Sequence record: SRR22947725_5645
DNA: 46,110 nt
Strand: one strand, 5' to 3'
Part shown: positions 30,026-39,300 of the stretch, one piece after another
Numbering within the stretch: position 1 is the first letter of the stretch
Layout: the number at the start of each line of letters is the position of its first letter
Notes under the pieces: generated by a model
Databases searched by the model: none
Told to the model about the DNA's origin: nothing
Seen by the model: only the letters and a program-made list of their open reading frames with translations
Program-made: the position numbers and the translations under genes

Positions 30026-31345
30026 TTAGTTGCGCCAAGATTGGGTTCGCTCTATGGCTTGTCTGAAGTATTTTAGGCTTAGGCCAAGGCAGATAATGGC
30101 AACCGAGTAGTTAATCAAAGCGAGCAATGAAATGGACTGACCCAATGCCAGCTCGCTTTCGAAGACAAAGTCGCTGATCACCGCGGGTAAAGATGGCGCA
30201 AAGCTATAGGATAAGAAGTTAACCGCGATCAAATAAAAGGCAACCATCTGGCCGCGAAGCTCATTTGGGGACACCGTTTGCAGGGTGGCAATAATCAGAC
30301 CTGGCGGCATCGACATACAAAATGTGACGGGAACGAGCAGCGCCAAGGCGACATAGGGATCGGGTGCTACAGTTAAGAAGGCCGCCAAAGGCAGCAGAGC
30401 AACGGTCGAATAAAGCACGACGCGTAAGGTTGCATCCACTTGGCCGCGTTTAATCATGGCGCTTGCGAATAGCCCGCCGGCAACGCTGCCCGTTATCCCA
30501 ACAACCAGCGCGATGCTGCCATAGGATAAGCCAATTTCTGTTCGGCTCCATTCATGGTTTCTAACAAAGTATTCCACCAGCCAGCTGAACAAAGACCAGC
30601 CTTGGGTTGCAAGGCACAGATAACCGAGGAAGACGAAAAAGAAAAAATGTTTCCGGCTTTTTATGAAGGCCCAGACGTCTTTCATTGGCACCGAGGTGTC
30701 ATCCGCTAGCTGCTTATTTTTGCGAGCGGGCTCAATTAAAAACCACATGGCGAGGGCGACGAGCAGGCCCGGCGCGCCAACCAGCATTAAAACCATCTGC
30801 CAAGAGTAGATCTCTCCTAAAACGGGCACGACGAAATTGGGTGTGCTTTCAAGATAGTCAATTAAGGGCCCACCAGCGATATTGGCGAGGCCTTGGCCAA
30901 TGAAGGGCGCAGAGGCCACAATGCCAATGGCAATTGGAAGGCGCTCAGGGGGAAAATAGTCGGCCAGGGCTGAGTTTGCCGCCGGCCCGAGCGTTGCCTC
31001 ACCCACGCCAACGCCCATCCGGGCAAGGAAGAGCTGCCAGTATTGGGACGCGGCGCCGCACATCATGGTCATGAAGCTCCAACCGGCAATGCCTGCTGTC
31101 ATCAACTTGATTCGGTTGTAGCGATCTGCGATCCGACCTGCGGGATAGGTCATAAGGGTATAAAACAGGGCAAAGGCGAACCCCATGATCAGCGAGACTT
31201 GCGTGTCGGAAATGCCGCCCAAATCGCGCTTAATGGGGCCAATCATGACGTTGAGAATTTGCCGATCGATGATTGAGAAAGTGGAGGCCAAGGTGAAGAT
31301 AAAGACCACGAGGATCAGATAGCGATTCGAAAAGGTTTGATTCAC
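30026..31345 (-). CDS. MFS transporter (spinster-like)
   Basis: About 12 hydrophobic segments; IDRQIL, GRIADRYNR and ARMGVGVGEA motifs. Confidence 0.9.
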   Translation of the reverse strand: MNQTFSNRYLILVVFIFTLASTFSIIDRQILNVMIGPIKRDLGGISDTQVSLIMGFAFALFYTLMTYPAGRIADRYNRIKLMTAGIAGWSFMTMMCGAASQYWQLFLARMGVGVGEATLGPAANSALADYFPPERLPIAIGIVASAPFIGQGLANIAGGPLIDYLESTPNFVVPVLGEIYSWQMVLMLVGAPGLLVALAMWFLIEPARKNKQLADDTSVPMKDVWAFIKSRKHFFFFVFLGYLCLATQGWSLFSWLVEYFVRNHEWSRTEIGLSYGSIALVVGITGSVAGGLFASAMIKRGQVDATLRVVLYSTVALLPLAAFLTVAPDPYVALALLVPVTFCMSMPPGLIIATLQTVSPNELRGQMVAFYLIAVNFLSYSFAPSLPAVISDFVFESELALGQSISLLALINYSVAIICLGLSLKYFRQAIERTQSWRN

Positions 31346-31596
31346 AGAGACAGCCTAGGGGTTTCAATCGGGGGTCAAGATATCACAGAATCCCAATGGG
31401 TGGTTCGACCTCCCGAGGCTGCCGCTGCGAAGTGCTGTTTTGCCGTATGGAAAAGGAGCGGGTACGCGCGGCATTGCGAGCGAGGGGGCGTCGGCCTACG
31501 CGTTAATTGACTGCAGGACACGGTTGGCGAACCGATGGATCCAGTCTCGTTTTAAAATAAGGTTTGACTTCCGCGACGCTCGATTAGAAGAGGCAT

Positions 31597-32334
31597 TCAA
31601 TCATCAGATTTTAAGTTGCGATCAAACAAATCATGCAATCGCTCCCAATGCCGCTCCGCACTGGGTTTGTGATAGATCGCACCGCGGCCAGGAAAGGCAA
31701 AGCCATGTTCGGCTCCCGGGTACCACTCTAATCGGTAGTTAATTTGGCTCTCTTTAAGATGGGCCTCAAGTGCATCGATCGTGTCCTTGTGTGCAAAGTG
31801 ATCAATCTCGGCGCAGGCGAAATACATCTCACCGGTGATGTTCTGAGCGGTCAGGTGAGGTGAGTCATCGCGTTTGGTGAGTAAGTTCGCGCCGTAGATC
31901 GAGGCGGCGCAGGCGATTCGTTCGGGGTAGCAGCCAGCGGCTTTGAACACAAAGGGTCCGCTCATGCAGTAGCCGACGGCGCCAATTCGGTCGCTGTTTG
32001 CGGGCTCAAAATGATCAACAAAGTCTAGAAGGGCAGTGGTGTCTTGCATGATTAAGTCAAGGGATAAGTGTTTGGTCATCTCAAACATGGCTTTCGTGGC
32101 CGCATCCGATCGGTCCCACACAAATTCTTTTGTTTTACGGTAGTAAAGATTTGGCAAGACCACAACGTAACCGGTCGTTGCAATTCTTCGCGCCATGTCG
32201 TGCAGTTCTTCGCGCTTGCCCGGGGCATCCATATAAAACAAGACCACGGGGAAGGGGCCGTTTTCTTCAGGATGGGTCACGAAGGTGTTCATGAGACCAT
32301 CTTGGGTTTGGATGTTTAGGTTGTGTTCGATCAT
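31597..32334 (-). CDS. Dienelactone hydrolase family protein
   Basis: GYCMSG nucleophile elbow, MDAPG and AEHGFAF motifs. Start placed at MIEHNL after AGGA. Confidence 0.9.
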   Translation of the reverse strand: MIEHNLNIQTQDGLMNTFVTHPEENGPFPVVLFYMDAPGKREELHDMARRIATTGYVVVLPNLYYRKTKEFVWDRSDAATKAMFEMTKHLSLDLIMQDTTALLDFVDHFEPANSDRIGAVGYCMSGPFVFKAAGCYPERIACAASIYGANLLTKRDDSPHLTAQNITGEMYFACAEIDHFAHKDTIDALEAHLKESQINYRLEWYPGAEHGFAFPGRGAIYHKPSAERHWERLHDLFDRNLKSDD

Positions 32335-32532
32335 CGTGGGGCATTCCTGAGTGTTTTTAGTTGAGGTGCTAGATTGAATAAGAACGTATTGAGTCGCGAA
32401 AGGAAATAGACGCCTAAGCCATTGTCTTTTTTTGTTTATGAATGGCTCATACATTTGCCCGCTGGGCACACTACTTTCTTTAAGAAAAACCCGCTTTAGG
32501 TCTCGTTACGTGACATACTCACTTTTATGAAT

Positions 32533-32562
32533 TTGACAGAAGAATTTCAATTTCTTAGGTCA
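32533..32562. promoter_or_regulatory. AT-rich divergent promoter region with TTGACA and an imperfect inverted repeat
   Basis: TGAC-ag-AAGAA-tttcaat-TTCTT-ag-GTCA (32534-32562) overlaps a perfect TTGACA (32533-32538) upstream of the cytochrome operon. Confidence 0.4.
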
Positions 32563-32582
32563 GTAATAGCTTAATATTTAAT

Positions 32583-34553
32583 TTGATAATATATAGATTG
32601 CTTAAAGAAACCCTTAAAATTTTTAGTCACTTAACGATTGTTTTGCTCGCAGCTTGTGGTGGCTCTGAGTCGGTCGAAAAGGCGCCAATGCCTCAGCCCT
32701 CGGCTCTGTCGCCTGATAACACCCTGGTGGCGGCAAAGCGGCTGTTGCCCGAAGACGTGGCCGGTATTTTAGACCAAGCGATTGAGCAGATGATTGCGCG
32801 TGGCGCTACAGGTGTTGTTAGTATTAGTGATCGAGTTGGCAATATTTTAGCAGTGTCTCAGCACGGGGTAAGTACTCGGTACGTACAGGTCGCGCCGGGG
32901 CCGGGCGCTGAGACGGCGGCCGGAAACGTTGGACTGCAGTCTGCGCTGGTGCCGAGAACGGCGGTTGCAATCTCAAAAGCGGTTACGGGCGCGTACGTCT
33001 CGTCGGGCGGGAACGCGTTTAGCACGCGCACAGCGAGCATGATAATCCAGCCTCACTTCCCGCCCACCACGTACACGGTCGGTTTGGAAAGTGGACCTTT
33101 ATTTGGATTGCAGTTTTCTCAACTGGCCTGTTCGGATGTGATGGCGTCAGCTGAAGCTGAGCTTGACCACAACATTGGGCCCAGAAAGTCGCCTCTGGGA
33201 ATGTCGGCAGATCCCGGCGGCTTCCCACTCTACAAGAAGGGGGTATTGGTGGGTGGAATTGGTGTTAGTACGAAAGCAGTCTATGGTTTTGACGATAATG
33301 TTGAAGATTTTGACGAAGATATAGATGAGGCCATTGCACTTTTAGCGTCGTCACACTTTCTGCCACCAGCTGAGATTCGCGCGGACAAAATTTCATTGGA
33401 TGGCACCTTGCTCAGGTATTCAGATGCACAGGTAGTAGAGCCCGCCAGTAATCTCGTTGATGCACTCGCGCAGTCTGATAAAGATTTGATCGACGCCAGT
33501 TTGATTTCAGTTCCGGGCTACTTTGATTCGGCTCAAGGTATCAAAGCCGGCCAACAGTATGGTCAAGAGGGTTCCGGCGTCAGGCCGTCCACGCTAGATG
33601 AGTTTGCGATTCCGGGTGCGTTTATTTTAAGTGATGGTGCAGGCAGGAATCGATTCCCAATAAAAGCTGCTGCCGATGGCAATGGCAATGAAATGCCCTT
33701 AACGCAGGATGAGGTCAGGCAGCTTCTCGAAACCGCTCATCAGACGATGTCAGCAGCACGCGGACAAATTAGACGACCGCTCAACCAGTCGGCACGCGTG
33801 TCCATGGTTGTTGTAGATACAACCGGCGAAATATTGGGGTTAGTGATCGGCTCAGACGCGCCGATTTTTGGGCTTGACGTTGCCGTTCAAAAAGCCCGTA
33901 CAGCGACTTTTTTCTCTAGTGAGTTGGCTGCCACCTATTTAGTTGGCTTGAACAGAGATGAAATTTCGGACTACGTGCAAAGGGTGCGTGTATTTCTGAA
34001 TGATCCGCAAGCCTTAACTGGGCAGCATGCCTTCTCAGATAGAGCGGGTGGAAATTTATCGAGGCCCTATTTTCCTGATGGCGAACTAGGGCGTCCCCAT
34101 GGGCCTTTGTCTAGACCGATTACGGAGTGGAGTCCGTTTGCCACGGGGTTGCAGGAAAGTCTCGTGCGGCCTGAAGTGGTGAAGCACTTGGGCTTTGTTG
34201 ATGGGACTTCTGATAAAGGAGCCGCGAATGAGTGCGTCGGGTTGTTAAATGAGGGTGGCGATATCCATTTGCTTGGAAACGGCATTCAGATTTTCCCAGG
34301 AAGCGTGCCCATTTATCGTGGATCAACTTTGATTGGTGGCATTGGTGTATCGGGCGATGGGGTTGACCAGGATGACATGATTGCGTTTTTAAGTGTGCAT
34401 CGAGTGGGAGAAGCTTTAGGCACGCTTGGGAATGCGCCGAAAGAAATCAGAGCGGACACGATTGAAGTCGATAACGTTCGGTTGCGGTACATCTCATGTC
34501 CTTTTAATCCTTTTCTCGACGAAAGTGAGCAAGAGGTTTGTAATGGTAAATAA
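32583..34553 (+). CDS. Predicted lipoprotein with two GlcG/HbpS-like heme-binding domains
   Basis: Lipobox LLAAC-GG. Two copies of the family signature: AISKAVT...GGFPLYKKGVLVGGIGVS and AVQKART...GSVPIYRGSTLIGGIGVSGDG. The TTG start is uncertain. Confidence 0.8.
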   Translation: MIIYRLLKETLKIFSHLTIVLLAACGGSESVEKAPMPQPSALSPDNTLVAAKRLLPEDVAGILDQAIEQMIARGATGVVSISDRVGNILAVSQHGVSTRYVQVAPGPGAETAAGNVGLQSALVPRTAVAISKAVTGAYVSSGGNAFSTRTASMIIQPHFPPTTYTVGLESGPLFGLQFSQLACSDVMASAEAELDHNIGPRKSPLGMSADPGGFPLYKKGVLVGGIGVSTKAVYGFDDNVEDFDEDIDEAIALLASSHFLPPAEIRADKISLDGTLLRYSDAQVVEPASNLVDALAQSDKDLIDASLISVPGYFDSAQGIKAGQQYGQEGSGVRPSTLDEFAIPGAFILSDGAGRNRFPIKAAADGNGNEMPLTQDEVRQLLETAHQTMSAARGQIRRPLNQSARVSMVVVDTTGEILGLVIGSDAPIFGLDVAVQKARTATFFSSELAATYLVGLNRDEISDYVQRVRVFLNDPQALTGQHAFSDRAGGNLSRPYFPDGELGRPHGPLSRPITEWSPFATGLQESLVRPEVVKHLGFVDGTSDKGAANECVGLLNEGGDIHLLGNGIQIFPGSVPIYRGSTLIGGIGVSGDGVDQDDMIAFLSVHRVGEALGTLGNAPKEIRADTIEVDNVRLRYISCPFNPFLDESEQEVCNGK

Positions 34554-36321
34554 CGTGCTGATTATTGCGCTGGTAATGCTGCTGCCGGCACAAGCCTTTG
34601 GTGCGCACGATCAGGATGAAAAATCGCTGGAAATCAGTAACGACTCCGTTTCTGTTGCTCAAGACCCTCGACCGAATCGATCTCGCCAAGATTTAGACCG
34701 GATGGCACCGCTCGATATTCGGTTGTTGCAACGCGAGGGCGGGATGTTAGAAGCCTTGCCTGATCGATGGCGAATCGTTGAGTCCATAGGTGTGAATGAG
34801 CGCTGGTGGGATCCTTATAACCAGAACACCTTGAAGGGCGATCGGCCGATACTAGGTTCCAAAGATTTATTTTTTGCATTGGGTTTGGTCTCAGATACGG
34901 TTGTCGAACCCCGAACCTTTCCGATTCCAGTAGGGGTTCAAACAACTGGTGACGCAGGGCAGTATGATCTTCACGGCGATGGTCAAAGCAATATCTTTAG
35001 TCAGACAATCATCGCGAGCCTATCACTGATTAAGGGGTCAACAACGTTCAAACCGCAAGATTGGGAATTTCGATTAACACCCGCATTTAATTTCAACCGG
35101 GTCGATATTAACGAGCGTCGAATTCTTTATGTGCAACCCAGTAAATTTGGGAAGAGAAGCCGAAATTTCGGCACTCTGCAAGAAGCCTTTTATGACTATC
35201 ATATAAGGAATGTTGGAAGTCGTTATGATTTTGACTCCGTACGGATAGGGATCCAACCATTTTCGAGCGACTTCAGAGGCTTTCTGCTTCAAGACGCCTT
35301 GATGGGTGTTCGGCTCTTTGGCAATCGCGATAACAATCGGTATCAATATAACCTAGCGTACTTTCGGCGGCTTGATAAAGATGTGAATAGTGGCTTGAAT
35401 GACTTGAGCACGCCGCTCCGTCGAGATCATATTTTAACGGCAAACCTGTATCGTCAAGACTTTCCGTCACCAGGCCTAACCAGCCAAATCTCAATTACCG
35501 CTAATCTGAATGAGGAAAACCGCAGGCAAGCAATTGATGCCAACGGCTTCCCCACTCGGCCTGCTTTGATCGGTGATTTGCGGCCTCGTCGCTACCACGT
35601 TACCTACCTGGGTTATTCCCTTGATGGAAGATACGGGAGACTCAATGTAGCGGGGTCTGCCTACGCAGCCTTTGGCCAGGATAAAAATAACCCGATGACT
35701 TCTCGGGCCAGTAAAATCAGGAGCCACTTTCTTGCCTTAGAACTCTCTGTGGATAACGACTGGCAGCGTTATCGATTGTCCGGGGTTTATGCATCCGGCG
35801 ATGATAATGTGTTTGATGACAAGGCATCGGGATTTGATGCGATCTTTGAGAATCCACTCATCGCTGGTGCAGATACCAGTTACTGGATGCGTCAAACGAT
35901 ACCCTTCGTAGGTGGTGGCCGAGGGATTGGCTTAAACGGCCGCAACGGGTTACTACCCTCGCTTCGTTCTTCCAAAGAGCAGGGGCAAAGCTTTTTTAGT
36001 AATCCTGGGTTGATGCTTTTAGGCGTGGGTGCTGATTTCGACCTGACGCCGAGCTTGCGGTGGTCTGTTAATTACAATCATCTTTGGTTCGACGAAGTTG
36101 ATGGGATAAGCCAGCTGAGGATGCAGAATGGCATCACCCGCAAGATCGGCGTTGATGCCTCAACCTCTTTAATCTATCGACCTGGCTTTATTCAAAATTT
36201 TGTTATTCGATTTTCTTATGCGGAGCTGACGCCGGGCGCCGGTTTTAGTCGTTTATTTGACAGTACTCGAGACGATGATCGATTTTACAGCAGCCTCCTT
36301 AATATTGTTATAAGTTATTGA
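34543..36321 (+). CDS. Predicted outer-membrane beta-barrel protein
   Basis: Signal peptide MVNNVLIIALVMLLPAQAFGA after AAGAGG; many alternating amphipathic strands; C-terminal beta-signal-like LLNIVISY with a terminal aromatic residue; no heme motifs. Confidence 0.7.
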   Translation: MVNNVLIIALVMLLPAQAFGAHDQDEKSLEISNDSVSVAQDPRPNRSRQDLDRMAPLDIRLLQREGGMLEALPDRWRIVESIGVNERWWDPYNQNTLKGDRPILGSKDLFFALGLVSDTVVEPRTFPIPVGVQTTGDAGQYDLHGDGQSNIFSQTIIASLSLIKGSTTFKPQDWEFRLTPAFNFNRVDINERRILYVQPSKFGKRSRNFGTLQEAFYDYHIRNVGSRYDFDSVRIGIQPFSSDFRGFLLQDALMGVRLFGNRDNNRYQYNLAYFRRLDKDVNSGLNDLSTPLRRDHILTANLYRQDFPSPGLTSQISITANLNEENRRQAIDANGFPTRPALIGDLRPRRYHVTYLGYSLDGRYGRLNVAGSAYAAFGQDKNNPMTSRASKIRSHFLALELSVDNDWQRYRLSGVYASGDDNVFDDKASGFDAIFENPLIAGADTSYWMRQTIPFVGGGRGIGLNGRNGLLPSLRSSKEQGQSFFSNPGLMLLGVGADFDLTPSLRWSVNYNHLWFDEVDGISQLRMQNGITRKIGVDASTSLIYRPGFIQNFVIRFSYAELTPGAGFSRLFDSTRDDDRFYSSLLNIVISY

Positions 36322-36328
36322 TATAAAT

Positions 36329-39300
36329 ATGATTTTTAAATTTTTATTATTGTTTTTGATGCAACTGGTTGTGGTCAGTTCGTGCCTAGGCGCAAGCAAA
36401 GGAATGGGTAAGGCGTTCCCCCGAAGCTATCCTGAGATGGTGCCAGCGCCTTTCTCTCAAAACGCTGCGACCGCCCAGCTGAAAACAGCGGGGTGTCAAA
36501 CCTGCCACGCGAAAGCTGAGCATAAAACCATGCACAAGGCGCCAAGCGTTGTGCTGGGGTGTACTGACTGTCACGGTGGGAACGCCAATGTTCAGTGGGC
36601 AGGCGATCTTTGGGTTGCTCCGGAGACTGCGGTAGCGTCGCATGCTTCGCCCGCGCTTGATCCTGATAAAGGCCATGCAGGCAAAAGTCTCGCAGGTAAG
36701 GATCATCATGGTGACGATCATTATGACGCCCATGGGAATGACCACGATTACCCGTCTGGTTACAAAGCGGCAATGGACGCGGCCCATATCCTACCAACCT
36801 ACCCGAGTGTTTGGCCGGGTAGTGAGAATCCTAAACGATCCTTTGCGAAACTGTTGAAAGAGTCGCCGGAGTTCGTCCGTTTCATGAACCCATCAGATTA
36901 TCGTGTTGTGCGGATGGCCTGTGGGGCTTGTCATCTGGATACCATTGAAGCTGCTGAGAGATCTTTGATGGCAACTGGCGCCATGCTTTGGGGTGGGGCT
37001 TCTTACAATAACGGTATCTTGCCTTACAAAAACTATATCCTTGGCGAGGCGCATACGCAGGAAGGGCTGCCTGCAATGTTGACGAGCCCGACTGACCAGG
37101 ACGGGACGCTCAGCGAAAAAGAAAAGCTTAGAGGTGCGTTGCCCTCTTTGTTGCCTTTGCCTGCTTGGCAGGTGGTGCCGCCGGCAGATGTTTTTCGCGT
37201 TTTTGAAAAAGGCGGGCGGAATATCAACACACAGTTTCCTGAAATCGGACTGCCCAATGCCACTGGGTTGTTGCAGCGGCTAGAAGAACCTGGGCGCCCG
37301 GACATCAGACAATCTAACCGAGGACCTGGCACCGGGTTAAGAGTGGCGATTCCTGTCTTGAACATACACAAGACCAGGTTGAATGACCCTTTCACAACGA
37401 TGATGGGCACGAACGATCAGCAAGGAGACTATAGAGCCAGTGGGTGTGCGTCCTGCCACGTCGTTTATGCGAACGATCGAGAGCCGAGACACAGCTTAAC
37501 GTATGCTAAATATGGTCGGGATGGCAAAAGCTTCACCTCTGACGTCACCATTGACAAAAATGAATCGGGACACCCGATAGAACACGTGTTCACGTCCGCG
37601 ATACCCACCTCTCAGTGCATGACGTGTCACATGCATCAACCCAATATATTTCTTAATTCTTATCTCGGTTATACGATGTGGGATTATGAATCCGATGCCC
37701 CGTCGATGTGGCCGGAAGCGCAGGTTTACCCTACAAGTGACGAGGCACGAGCCGTGCTCGATAGGAATCCGGAAGGCGCGGCGCCCAGAGGTAAGTGGGC
37801 AAGTGAAGACTTCTTAAGGGATGTCTACGACCTGAATGCGACGCTGAAAGATACTCAATTTGCTGACTATCATGGGCATGGATGGAATTTTAGGGCGGTA
37901 TTCAAACGGGATAGAGCTGGGAACCTGTTAGATGAGGCAGGGAACAAAGTCGCTAACGATGACCCTGAAAAGTTTCGCAAAGAGGGTGAGGCGAAGTTTG
38001 TGGAAATCGGCGTCAATCCCGGTAAAGCCGTGCACCTGATGTCAATTCATGCCGAGAAGGGCATGCAGTGTGTGGACTGTCACTTTAGCCAAGATGGTCA
38101 TGGCAATGGGTTTATTCATGGAGAGGTCGCAAACGCGGTACAGATCGGTTGTAAAGATTGTCATGGTACGACCGAAAGTTATCCGACCTTAATGACGTCA
38201 AATGTTGCTGCGCCGACGGGTGGTGAGGATTTGAGTCTGATTAGGAACTCAGATGGTAAAAAGCGCTTTGAATGGATTGAGTCCGCGGGCGTGAGGACTC
38301 TGATTCAGCGTTCTGTTTTGGACCCCAACCTTGAGTGGGAAGTTTCGTTAACCCGAGATGCAGTTGATCCAACACACGGAAGCTTTAACGAAAAGGCGGC
38401 GGCCGCGAAGTTGGTTCAGTCGTCCAAGAAGGAAAGTAGTGGCGAATCAGGTTATGAGCAGATCGCACATGGGGACAACATGACCTGTTATAGCTGTCAT
38501 TTGTCTTGGTCAACCTCATGTGGCGGCTGTCACTTGCCCATAGAAGCGAACTGGAAAACTGAGAGCCACAAGTATGATGTGGGCGAGACTCGAAATTTTG
38601 CCACATACAATCCACAAGTTGCCCGTGATCAAATCTTTCAGTTGGGCCGGCATCAAACAACGAAAGGGAATGTGATTGCGCCGATTCGGTCGACGTCGGC
38701 GCTGCTTCTCAGTTCTACCAATATCAATCGAGAAAGAATTTACGTTCAGCAACCACCGGTATCCGCCGCGGGTTTCTCATCGCAGGCATTTGCGCCTCAT
38801 TTTCCCCATACCGTTCGAAAAGAAGAGACGCGGGTTTGCTCGGATTGTCATTTGTCGGCAAATGGCGATAACAATGCAATCATGGCTCAGACCCTACTTC
38901 TAGGAACTAACTTCATCAATTTTGTTGGACTCCACAGCTATGCCGGAACAGAGAACGGTCTTTGGGCCGTGAGAGTGACCGAATACGAGGAGCCGCAAGC
39001 TGTTTTTGGGTCTTACCTCCATCGTTACGCTTATCCGGATTATTATGAAAATCATGTTTCTGATAATGATAGAGAGTTGAAGAGCTGGGTTCGCGGTACG
39101 GCATTCGATCGAGACAATGGCTATTCGGGTGAGACCGGCGCGCTGGAGGAAATCAGCAACGTTTTTCAGGGCGCTGACGGTGCGGTCCAATGCCTTCAGC
39201 ATCGAGGAGAGTACTTGTATGTTGCAGAGGGGCGTGGCGGCTTTAGAGTTTATGATATCGCTAACATCGCGAATAAATCGATTTCGGAACGGATTGTTCG

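Noticed and set aside
31398-31416. tRNA T-arm-like fragment (GGGTGGTTCGACCTCCC) as a possible att site
   Set aside because: The stem pairs poorly, there is no CCA end, and no second copy or integrase was seen.
31440-31742. 100-aa plus-strand ORF between the MFS and hydrolase genes
   Set aside because: TTG start without a clear RBS, antisense overlap with the hydrolase 3' end, and no recognisable motifs.
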